DNA of 64,000 nucleotides. It comes from a virus. The stretch spans positions 1 to 64,000 of IMG/VR virus record IMGVR_UViG_3300017963_000033; one strand, written 5' to 3'. Positions within the stretch are counted from its first letter, which is position 1. The number at the start of each line of letters is the position of its first letter. The notes beneath the pieces were generated by a model. That model was not told the origin of the DNA and did not search any database. It saw nothing but the letters and a program-made list of their open reading frames with translations. The position numbers and the translations under genes are program-made. Below, in pieces: positions 56,003 to 64,000 of this stretch.

Positions 56003-57436
56003 CTACCGCTGGCCACCAGGGAACCAGACCGCGTAGCGCGTCCCAGCCGTCCGGTAGCTCACGCCACCATCAACATGGTACGGGCTGGAGAAGTCAGGTT
56101 CGCGCAGGTGCTGGAGCGGCGTGTAGCGCACATTCTGGAGCGCACCAGCAAGCTGGGGCGTCCTCAACACCACACGCTGTTCCGTCTTGAGCGATAGGCT
56201 GTAGCACCATCGCTGTTCCAGGTACGACCAGGAATATGCGCCGGCATCGGTGTGGAACCAGGACTGCCGGTTCCGCAACTGCGCCTCATCGGCAGCCGCC
56301 TGCCGATAATCCACATACTCCCGATACGTCACCGGGAACCCGCCGTTGACCGTGATCGGCACGGCGTAGATGGTGCTGGCAAACTCGCCGGCTGCCAGGT
56401 TGGCGTTGTTGGCGTTGTTGTGCTCAAAGATGCCGGTGTCCTCGATGACATCGTACCAGATGCCGTTGATGGGGATCTGGTTGCGGGTGCGCATGTCGTC
56501 GCGCATCTGGACGTTGACATTGTCGTTGATGACGGCAGCGTTGTAGCCCACTTGGGCCGTTTTGCAGCGATTGGTCAGGTAGGAGCAAGGCCAGCAGGCC
56601 GACAGCTCGAACCACAACTGGGGACGCATGGCGAGGACCCAGCGCACCGGCTGCAAGCCAGTGTCGGTGGCCAGCGATTCCAGGTAGTACATCATCGCGC
56701 TCAGGTACTCGACAATCTCCAGCGTGGTGCCGCACACGTCGTTGTAGGCAAAGTTCTTGATGTCCGAGTCCAGCGAGGCGCAGGCACCGCCACTGGCAGC
56801 ATCCACCTGCCCGGTGGCAATCTGCACCGTCAGTCCGGGGAAGGTCCCGGCAGCCACAGTGCCCTGCCATAGGTCGGTGTGCAGGGCCATCTCCATGTAC
56901 GCGCCTGTTTTCAGCATCTCCATCTTGGTGATGACATTCAGCGCGTCCTCGGTTGTGATGTTGCCTGGGGTGAGGTTGGTGCCTCCGAGAACAGCATCCC
57001 CGACGAATCGCAGGTCTCGGAAGTCGCCCCGGTTGATCCGCAACATCACCTTGTCCATCTCGATCTCCTGGGTATCGAACCTCTTGAGACCGAAATAGGC
57101 GGTCAGTTGGCACCCTTTTTCGTAGCCTGTTGGGGCCGCCGCACAGGCGTTGGTCGGCTGGGTGCCGCTCGGGGCCGTAAAGCCGGTCAGCGTCCAATAC
57201 CTGGGGTCCTCGTCCACGGACGGGAACAGCGGCAGGACGCTGGAAATCGACTTGGGCCTGACATAGGTGCTGAACACATCGGGTTCCGCACCGAGTTGGG
57301 CAAAGACACCGCCGAGGCCATGCAGCTTCTGGGCCGTCATCACCCCGCCTGCGGTGTGTTTTTGCAGGTCCATCTCCTTGCGGAATTCCGTAATGCTTTT
57401 CTCCAGAAAGTCCATGAACAGTAGATCGTTACTCAT
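56003..57436 (-). CDS. Putative major capsid protein
   Basis: Follows the protease/scaffold gene; GGAGG RBS; strongly GC3-biased codons; followed by hairpins. Confidence 0.7.
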   Translation of the reverse strand: MSNDLLFMDFLEKSITEFRKEMDLQKHTAGGVMTAQKLHGLGGVFAQLGAEPDVFSTYVRPKSISSVLPLFPSVDEDPRYWTLTGFTAPSGTQPTNACAAAPTGYEKGCQLTAYFGLKRFDTQEIEMDKVMLRINRGDFRDLRFVGDAVLGGTNLTPGNITTEDALNVITKMEMLKTGAYMEMALHTDLWQGTVAAGTFPGLTVQIATGQVDAASGGACASLDSDIKNFAYNDVCGTTLEIVEYLSAMMYYLESLATDTGLQPVRWVLAMRPQLWFELSACWPCSYLTNRCKTAQVGYNAAVINDNVNVQMRDDMRTRNQIPINGIWYDVIEDTGIFEHNNANNANLAAGEFASTIYAVPITVNGGFPVTYREYVDYRQAAADEAQLRNRQSWFHTDAGAYSWSYLEQRWCYSLSLKTEQRVVLRTPQLAGALQNVRYTPLQHLREPDFSSPYHVDGGVSYRTAGTRYAVWFPGGQR

Positions 57437-57437
57437 G

Positions 57438-58991
57438 TTAGCCTCCGTGGCCTCTCTGGGCAGCCATCAACTCGTTGATGAACGGGACATGGGTCTGCCC
57501 TCGCTGCCCATCAGTCGCCAAGGTCTCGGTTGGGCCGCTTTTGGCGAGGCTGGTCCTGCCGTCCACGGCGGTTTCATCTGCTCCAATCACAGAGCCAATC
57601 AGGCTGGTGAGGCTGTGGGCCGGCGTCAGCGTCAAGACATCCTTGACCTTTTGCTCGTCCTCCCTCTGGAGGGACTTGAGTTCTTTGGTCATGCCTGCCA
57701 GTTCGGCCTTGAGCGCGGCGACATCATCCACCAGCGGTTTCAGGAATGCTCCAACCGCTTCCGCGACCTCGGATGCGGTCACGTAGACGGGTTCCTCGGC
57801 AACGGGGGCCTCCTTGTCCTCTTCGGGTTCCTGGGTTTCCTGAGCCTCTTCGGTTTCCTGCTCTTGAAGCTCTTCGGCCTCAGTATCCTCTGCCTCTTTG
57901 GACTCGACCTTGCCGGCGAGTTCCTTTTCTGTTTCTTCCAGTTGGCGCTCCAGGTTCGCAACCCCCTCCTCTCCCATCACCTGCTCAAGGAAAGGCCGCT
58001 TGTTCTCTGGCACTGCCATGGTTTCCTCCTTCACTACTCTGAATCCAGTTGCATGTTTGTTTGCAGCCGCCCAAGCTGGTAGGGGGCTGATCTCGCGTGA
58101 CCTGTAGCGCGTGATGATTGTTGGATCTTCTGTATCGCGCTGGACCTGCGAGGCCGGCATCCCATGCGAGGTTCCAAGGTCAACCATTTCTGCCAAGCTC
58201 TTGGCAATGTGCTCCTTGCCCTCGTCAAAGGTTCCACTGGCCAACGCAAAGCCATTGTCGTCATAGGCTACCCAGTCAGCCGCCCCCGACCGAGTGCCAC
58301 CCACATGCCAAAGCCACAGCTCGGGCATGGGCCATTCCCCCGAGTCCACTGCCTTGACGAACTCCTGGTGAGCTGTCGAGGCGATGATCTCTGGGGGATT
58401 GTCCTCATCTCTGAATTTGTTGCTATAGACAGCCAGCCAGCGGTATTGCTCGGTGGCCTTGTCTTTGAAAACCATGAAAGGATGGGGAGACTCTTTGGTG
58501 TCCCACTCCATGTCCTCGGAGGCATAGAGCCGTTTCAGCTTGCGGAGGGCTTCTTGTTTCCCTGGGCCTTCGTACCGATTGCCCCGAAACCCCCCTGCGG
58601 AGGTCAAGGCCGCTTTGGCTGCCGCCATGAGACGATGGTCTGGGGTGCCGTTCTTTTTGACCGGGAGATGCCAGGTGGATGGTTTCTGAGGGTCCTCTAT
58701 GACAAGGTAGTCGCCGGCAGGTCGTTTTTCGCCTCCCTCTGTTTTCATGGGGGTCGCCTTTTCAAGGCCGAGCGCGTCTCTGACCTTTTGCAGAATGGCG
58801 CTGTCGGCAAGCAAGTCAGCCAGCACCCTCTTTTTCTCAGATACATCGGCCTCTTTCTTGTCCTCTTCCCACATCGAGTAGCAGACAGCCGCCGCCTGTT
58901 TTTGGTCTTTGGCGGTGCCGTCCTCCAGCACGAGGGGGATGCAGCGACTGACAAAGTCCTTTTGTGATTCGTTTTCTCCTGGCGTTGGCAT
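57438..58991 (-). CDS. Prohead protease-scaffold fusion
   Basis: RDEDN..EII, LWLWH, SHG, EISPLP..AAN (HK97 protease-like); acidic coiled-coil C-terminus. Confidence 0.75.
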   Translation of the reverse strand: MPTPGENESQKDFVSRCIPLVLEDGTAKDQKQAAAVCYSMWEEDKKEADVSEKKRVLADLLADSAILQKVRDALGLEKATPMKTEGGEKRPAGDYLVIEDPQKPSTWHLPVKKNGTPDHRLMAAAKAALTSAGGFRGNRYEGPGKQEALRKLKRLYASEDMEWDTKESPHPFMVFKDKATEQYRWLAVYSNKFRDEDNPPEIIASTAHQEFVKAVDSGEWPMPELWLWHVGGTRSGAADWVAYDDNGFALASGTFDEGKEHIAKSLAEMVDLGTSHGMPASQVQRDTEDPTIITRYRSREISPLPAWAAANKHATGFRVVKEETMAVPENKRPFLEQVMGEEGVANLERQLEETEKELAGKVESKEAEDTEAEELQEQETEEAQETQEPEEDKEAPVAEEPVYVTASEVAEAVGAFLKPLVDDVAALKAELAGMTKELKSLQREDEQKVKDVLTLTPAHSLTSLIGSVIGADETAVDGRTSLAKSGPTETLATDGQRGQTHVPFINELMAAQRGHGG

Positions 58992-59101
58992 GGTTCTACT
59001 CCCACAACACAAAAAGCCGCCCCTCGGGCGACCAGAGATTCCCTATCGCCACAAAGAAGCGGCCCACCTTTCGGCCAGCCATGTGCTTTTCTGTCAACTA
59101 C

Positions 59102-59130
59102 ATTATAGCCTATGACTGGCGTTTTGTCAA
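59102..59130 (-). promoter_or_regulatory. Consensus promoter for the capsid operon
   Basis: TTGACA-17-TATAAT on the minus strand. Confidence 0.8.
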
Positions 59131-59136
59131 GACAGT

Positions 59137-59316
59137 TTAGCCCTGGTCTTTGCACCCCTCCCGCAGGACGCGCTTGCCGGCCTTGCGCAGGTCGGCGGTT
59201 GTGGTGTCATGCCCCAGTTTCGTTTTCTCTATGAGACAGACCATCTGGAGGAGGAGGCTGCGCAGTTCCTGCCAGAACTGCTCATCCTGGGTGTGGCAGT
59301 CGCCGTTACAAGCCAT
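59137..59316 (-). CDS. 59-aa hypothetical protein (MACNGDCH...)
   Basis: TGATG coupling with the upstream gene; below the track cutoff. Confidence 0.6.
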   Translation of the reverse strand: MACNGDCHTQDEQFWQELRSLLLQMVCLIEKTKLGHDTTTADLRKAGKRVLREGCKDQG

Positions 59317-60878
59317 CAGCAGCCACCAACTTGAGAACCGGCGTCTTGACCCGTTCCCGCTTGGTAGAGGGCAACAGTGCCATAACTTACTCCACCAATG
59401 CGGAATGGAAAGTTGGCATTACAAAAGATGTTATTGTTGCTTGCCCAGGTAGGGGCCACAAACCAATCATAGACGCGCCAGGTTAGAGACCACCATGTAT
59501 TCTGTCCCAAGGTGACATTCGCCCCGGCGTGTTGGATCACGAGCCCGTTGCAACCGCTCGTGCTTGGATTGGTGATTTCACAGTTGTTGATTGTTACTGT
59601 CGCTGCCTGAGTAATCTGCCACAGGATTCCAGTCGTGGTGTTGGTCAGGTTGATGATAAGATCGTCAATGTCCACGGTAACGGCAGCCTGGATGGTCATC
59701 ACCCGGTCAAAAGGATGGACACTACCGTCGTTTGTGACCGGGTTTGTCCCCTCAATAGTCACGGTTGAGCCGTTGACAAGGATGGCACGACCGCAGTTTG
59801 TAAATGTGCAATCTCGGATGAGGGAGTTGGGCGTGTTCCCAGCAACGGTGATACCTGTCCATAGATTCTCACAGGTACATCCATCATGGACAACATCCCC
59901 CATACCCCCTATCCCGCAGTGTCCATAAAAGCCACCCTCCCCACCCCGGAGAAGGTCATCAGCCGATGTAGTACAATCTGTATAAGTTGTACCCAGTCCT
60001 TCCCCAACCGCAGAATAGTATACAAACATGGCCCCCACGCCTTCGGTCCAATAGGCATTGTGGGCTACACAGTCAGTCAGGGTGGTTCCATCCTCAGTCA
60101 AAAAATTATGTGCCGAGCCATCGGTGGCCCAGCAATCATTCAGGGCTGAGTTCTTGCCAACCTCCAGGGAGCCATCCTCGTGGAGATTGCGTTGGGTGTG
60201 GACACTGGTGATGGTGCAGGCATAACTCCTTCCCGTGAGACCATACCTGCGTTGTGTGTACTCGTAGGTGGACCCATTGGTCGCCGGGTTGTCGCTGCCT
60301 TCTGTATGGACATAGAGGGTGACCGTTCCCGCACCCTCCGCGCTTAGAACATAACTGTCTGGGGTGGTGTCACAGGTAGCGATATTGGCCACCCGGACCA
60401 TGTTGATGCCATCCTCGTAGACATTCACATAGTCCTTGCCGGCACCAACCCAGTTTGGCGTGATGGAGCATTCATAGACGTTTGTGCGGCCCGCCGTCTT
60501 GGACCACTGCCCTGCCGTGATGACATCCGAGGCATCCAAAAGTGGTCTATTCCCCGTGCCATAGGCAAAGATGGGACAGCCAATGCCGGGGACATCCATC
60601 TGCTCCCGCCAATGAGATCCACGCGCCAGGGCAACAGACTCTCCAGCAACCCAAACAGATTCCAGTTGGGCAATCGTTCGGAACGCCTGGCTGGGAGACT
60701 TGCCACTGTTGGCATCATTGCCATTAACCGAGTCTACAAACCAATTGGCAATCTCTGCCCCGGCCCTTTGGCGATGTCTGACCGGCTTGTGTTCATGTTT
60801 TCGAGGGCCTATTTGTAGAAAAGATGGAGATCCTACGATGGGCACCAATTTGAAAAATCCCCTCCTGGAAATGAACAT
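59316..60878 (-). CDS. Right-handed beta-helix (pectin-lyase-like) protein with twin-arginine motif
   Basis: SRRGFFK; FVDSVNGNDANSG.SP..AFRTI; repeated I.DC.F.N strands. Confidence 0.75.
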   Translation of the reverse strand: MFISRRGFFKLVPIVGSPSFLQIGPRKHEHKPVRHRQRAGAEIANWFVDSVNGNDANSGKSPSQAFRTIAQLESVWVAGESVALARGSHWREQMDVPGIGCPIFAYGTGNRPLLDASDVITAGQWSKTAGRTNVYECSITPNWVGAGKDYVNVYEDGINMVRVANIATCDTTPDSYVLSAEGAGTVTLYVHTEGSDNPATNGSTYEYTQRRYGLTGRSYACTITSVHTQRNLHEDGSLEVGKNSALNDCWATDGSAHNFLTEDGTTLTDCVAHNAYWTEGVGAMFVYYSAVGEGLGTTYTDCTTSADDLLRGGEGGFYGHCGIGGMGDVVHDGCTCENLWTGITVAGNTPNSLIRDCTFTNCGRAILVNGSTVTIEGTNPVTNDGSVHPFDRVMTIQAAVTVDIDDLIINLTNTTTGILWQITQAATVTINNCEITNPSTSGCNGLVIQHAGANVTLGQNTWWSLTWRVYDWFVAPTWASNNNIFCNANFPFRIGGVSYGTVALYQAGTGQDAGSQVGGC

Positions 60879-60884
60879 ACCAAT

Positions 60885-61595
60885 TTATAAGGCCGCCATC
60901 GCTGTATAGACTGTCAAAAATTGTGCATCAGTTAGAACACAATCATAAATCACGAAAGCGGGAATGATGCAATCTTGGAACCCTGCTGCCGCCCCGCCGT
61001 TATCAACACATCCAATATAGGTTGTCGTCGTTGGCTGCCCGGTATATGCAGGAAGAGGGGTGCCAATGGGTGCCCCATTTCTATATGCTGTATTCCCCGC
61101 TACTCCAAGATTCCCCGCCGCAGTGTTTGGGGCAGCAGCCATGAACCCATTGCCGTTATGGTAGACCGAATTTGCACCAGATAGCGGGATACACCCAAAC
61201 CGCTGAGTGCCAGAGATGTTCTGTAGTAATCCCCAAACCCAACGACCACTGATTGTCGCTCCCGAAAACTGACACAATACAGATTGGGATTGGTCATTCT
61301 GGGGAATGAACCCGGTATCTAGCCATTGAGTAGAACCATTAAACTGCCATCCCCCCGCTACAAGCGTGGGTGCCACTCCGGGCGCGGCATGATTCCCATT
61401 TCCCGACAAGTCAAGGTAACTTGTCGCCAGGTCAGCCGCCCCTTTCGGTTTATAGGCGGCCCAAACGCAAAGCCCCTCCTCGTTTGGGTCCCACCATGGC
61501 GGAATGACTTCACCAGCTACGCCATCCCACACCAGGACAGGACGATGCCGCTGGGATCTACCTAGATACAATGGGGAAGATGAAATCACCGGCAT
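60885..61595 (-). CDS. LamG/ConA-like lectin-fold protein
   Basis: DLSGNGNHA, FNGSTQWLDTG, YRNG, YIG, IYD..LT. Confidence 0.75.
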   Translation of the reverse strand: MPVISSSPLYLGRSQRHRPVLVWDGVAGEVIPPWWDPNEEGLCVWAAYKPKGAADLATSYLDLSGNGNHAAPGVAPTLVAGGWQFNGSTQWLDTGFIPQNDQSQSVLCQFSGATISGRWVWGLLQNISGTQRFGCIPLSGANSVYHNGNGFMAAAPNTAAGNLGVAGNTAYRNGAPIGTPLPAYTGQPTTTTYIGCVDNGGAAAGFQDCIIPAFVIYDCVLTDAQFLTVYTAMAAL

Positions 61596-61611
61596 TTACA
61601 CATCTCCCCAG

Positions 61612-61947
61612 CTATACCTCTTTCCAGAACTGGATATGGGCTATGGCTCCATTCGTGTCGCTGTAGATGGAGATGGACTGAAAGTCGGAAATAGGACCAA
61701 TCGAGCGTCCGCCCCCATCGGGGATGAATCCGGGGCTGTTTGTGCCAGCCGTTGGCGAGTTGATGGCATAGTAGATGTTCCCACCGTTGGCGTCGATTGA
61801 TATGGTATCGGCCTCGCTGGGTGGGGTGATCTGCTGGCTCACTACCCCATTCAGCGGGTAGGCATTGCTGCCATTGGCGATATAGAGCCACGCCGGCAGT
61901 TGGGTTTGGGTCTTGCCCGGAAGTCTTTCTGCTCCTGGCTTTGACAT
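61612..61947 (-). CDS. Hypothetical virion protein
   Basis: AAGGAGG RBS; beta-rich. Confidence 0.7.
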   Translation of the reverse strand: MSKPGAERLPGKTQTQLPAWLYIANGSNAYPLNGVVSQQITPPSEADTISIDANGGNIYYAINSPTAGTNSPGFIPDGGGRSIGPISDFQSISIYSDTNGAIAHIQFWKEV

Positions 61948-61957
61948 GGGTTCCTCC

Positions 61958-62482
61958 TTATGCTAATCCCCTGGTCACCGCATCCTGCACATCCCGTGCA
62001 AGAGGGCCAATCAATTTCTCACCCAGGGCAATGGACCACTCCCTGGGTTCCCGGATGCCTGGGTGATCGACCTGTGAAAAATTCGTGACAGGTCCATACT
62101 TCTTTCGCTGGCTGGAGCCAAAATGACGTTTGCGGGTGGCAGCCTTGTAGCTGTTGCCCCGTCCCTGAAACGGAAATCTCAGGTAGGGCGCGTTGCGAGG
62201 CCCAAACCTTTTCCCCTTGGACCCCTCGTCAATCCGCCGCCACTTCATCACCAATTCTGCCGATCCTCCCGGCCCTATCCACAGATACAGACTCCCGGCC
62301 TGTCGCCAGGCCAGGTGGGTAAAGATGGGTGCCCCCTCGGTCCAGGAGGAGGTTGTTTTCTCAAACTGCTTTTGCCCATATTTCCCCACCTTGTCCAGAA
62401 CACCCCCGACCTCTTTCTGGACCTTGGGCACATTCAGCGCCTGCTTGGGGATGATGGCCTTGGCATAGATGGTGAACGGCAT
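61958..62482 (-). CDS. Putative neck/tail-completion protein (HK97 gp10-like)
   Basis: Basic; DEG......I, V.HPG...R motifs. Confidence 0.55.
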   Translation of the reverse strand: MPFTIYAKAIIPKQALNVPKVQKEVGGVLDKVGKYGQKQFEKTTSSWTEGAPIFTHLAWRQAGSLYLWIGPGGSAELVMKWRRIDEGSKGKRFGPRNAPYLRFPFQGRGNSYKAATRKRHFGSSQRKKYGPVTNFSQVDHPGIREPREWSIALGEKLIGPLARDVQDAVTRGLA

Positions 62483-62490
62483 GAGCCTGC

Positions 62491-63141
62491 CTACCCTGCA
62501 TACCCGTGGCAGCCCCAGAAAAAGCTGACGGTGCTGCCATTGGTCGCGTTCCATACCTGGACCCATATCTTGGTGCCCACATCCACCCTGGGCATTCGCC
62601 CTTCGGCAGGAAGGCCCGAGCTGAATGGACCCCCGCTGGTGATAAACATTCCCTCTGACCACTGTCCCGCACTGATGGCCGCCGCGCTGGTGCCGGTGCC
62701 ATAGATCAGCCTGATTCTGTAGGGCGTCGAGTGATCGGTATCTGTGACCAGGACGGTGTGCGCGTCAAACTTCACATAGGTACTAATAGTCGGATTGTCG
62801 CCCGTCCCGCAGATGGGAATGGCGGTGCCCCAGGTGTTGTTGCCGCTGGTAGCCACGAATGGCCTATTGACGTTAGCCTCGATGGCATTGGTTTCATCTG
62901 GCGCGGCTACGGCCCCCCACCAGCGTTCCCGACTGTGGAAATGCTTTTCAATCTCGTGGACCCGATAGGCCAAAGAATTGCTGGTGCCGGCCAGGCCATC
63001 GGTGGACGCGCTGTCAATCTTCAAGATTTCAGGACTATCCACCCCCTGTGCAGCGAGGATAGCAGCCACATCAGCCTGGAGCTGCGCAACGGCAGCCTCC
63101 ATGGCCCCAATATCATAGGCCAGTACAATCTGTCCCATCAT
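62491..63141 (-). CDS. Hypothetical virion protein
   Basis: Coupled to the upstream gene. Confidence 0.65.
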   Translation of the reverse strand: MMGQIVLAYDIGAMEAAVAQLQADVAAILAAQGVDSPEILKIDSASTDGLAGTSNSLAYRVHEIEKHFHSRERWWGAVAAPDETNAIEANVNRPFVATSGNNTWGTAIPICGTGDNPTISTYVKFDAHTVLVTDTDHSTPYRIRLIYGTGTSAAAISAGQWSEGMFITSGGPFSSGLPAEGRMPRVDVGTKIWVQVWNATNGSTVSFFWGCHGYAG

Positions 63142-64000
63142 ACCCTCACAATCTCAAGACGCCTGCTACACCGGCAACGTCCGTGGGCCGGTGGCCCATC
63201 AGGAAATTCCTGGGACCACACCACTTTTGGTTGCTCATGGAGCGGCCTGCAAATCAACTCGCAGACCATTTCATCATCAGCCGTGACCCAGAACTCTTCC
63301 AGCCGCAGCCCCAGCGTCTCCAGGAAACTGACATTGGTATCGAATGCCTGGGAGAACGCCACCGTGATCAGCGTGATGGCAATCAACGCCGCCCGGTTGG
63401 CGTTAAAGGCCGGGGCCAGCAGTTCCTCAATCTCATCCATGGCCAGCGTCTCGGCGGCCACCCGTGCGCTGACTGTGTCCACCACCTTTTTGGTCGTGCC
63501 CTCCAGCCGGGTCGCCTCCTGCCAGGCAAAGTCGTGCGCCCACTGGCTGGCAACAGCGGCGGTTTCTGCGGGGTCGAAGGGGATGTCGTACTCATTGCCC
63601 AGGCGCTCCATCTCGTCCATAAAGGCCCGGAAGAGGAACTTGGCCAAGACAGCAGCCAGCGCGGCGGTGAGGGCTCCATAGTCAGGCTCTCGGCCTTCCT
63701 CCACTGCCTCCTCGAACTCGGGGGAAAAGTCATCAAAGACACCCTGCACCGCCTTCTGCATCTCGGTTTCCAGCGTAGCGCGGGTTCCCTGTTTCAGGGC
63801 TTTCTCTTCGGCGCTTTCTTCCTCCTCATCTTCCTCCTGTTCAGCCATGTCCTCTGCGGGTTGGGCGGGTTCCTGTGGGGCTGCGGGTTCTGGTTCCTCT
63901 GCCTCTTCGGCTTCCCCGAGCAACCAATCCAATGCGGCCACTGCCTCCCTAGCCTCATCCCTTCCTGCGTCGTCCATTTCCCGGCTGACACTCGCCCGTT
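63138..64000 (-). CDS. C-terminal part of a head morphogenesis (Mu gpF/SPP1 gp7-like) protein, possibly portal-fused; 5' end outside the window
   Basis: RAALIA.T, W.TADDE.VC..IC.PL, PPAHGRCRC; frame stays open to the window edge. Confidence 0.75.
   Translation of the reverse strand, partial: RASVSREMDDAGRDEAREAVAALDWLLGEAEEAEEPEPAAPQEPAQPAEDMAEQEEDEEEESAEEKALKQGTRATLETEMQKAVQGVFDDFSPEFEEAVEEGREPDYGALTAALAAVLAKFLFRAFMDEMERLGNEYDIPFDPAETAAVASQWAHDFAWQEATRLEGTTKKVVDTVSARVAAETLAMDEIEELLAPAFNANRAALIAITLITVAFSQAFDTNVSFLETLGLRLEEFWVTADDEMVCELICRPLHEQPKVVWSQEFPDGPPAHGRCRCSRRLEIVRV

Larger units (their letters stand above)
1..64000. mobile_element. Tailed dsDNA phage genome segment (siphovirus-like, temperate or phage-plasmid)
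   Basis: Capsid, tape-measure and tail operon, replication module, tyrosine recombinase, holin-like genes and dense small ORFs; no host housekeeping genes. Confidence 0.95.

Overview
This window is a large part of one tailed dsDNA phage genome, probably siphovirus-like and temperate or phage-plasmid. No host chromosomal genes are recognisable. The recurring AGAAAGGAG Shine-Dalgarno and one cell-surface-type protein suggest a Chloroflexota (Anaerolineae-like) or other Gram-positive-type host; this is inference only. Layout: (1) 1-11.7 kb (+), many small early genes separated by long hairpins, a tRNA-Ala, a repeat-flanked cassette array, an excisionase-like HTH, a Xer-type tyrosine recombinase and dif-like 11-6-11 sites; (2) 11.8-13.8 kb (-), a holin-like membrane cassette with no recognisable endolysin; (3) 14-27 kb (+), regulation, recombination, replication and DNA modification (RHH, LexA-DBD, Mom-like GNAT, initiator plus DnaC-like ATPase, RuvC, ASCH, PD-(D/E)XK nuclease, DpdA plus YhhQ), followed by an antisense tRNA-like gene; (4) 27.4-33.4 kb (+), a membrane-protein/FtsK module; (5) 33.5-64 kb (-), the virion operon. 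About 9 kb of glycan synthesis and tailoring genes (epimerase, aminotransferase, two methyltransferases, sulfotransferase, kinase, triple-domain glycosyltransferase) sit directly behind the putative major capsid gene. The strongest candidates for new biology are that glycan cluster, the Xer/dif-like sites with direct-repeat-flanked gene cassettes, the FtsK module, several structured RNAs, and a tRNA with a Pro-like body and a Leu anticodon. All family assignments come from reading motifs by eye; no database searches were run.
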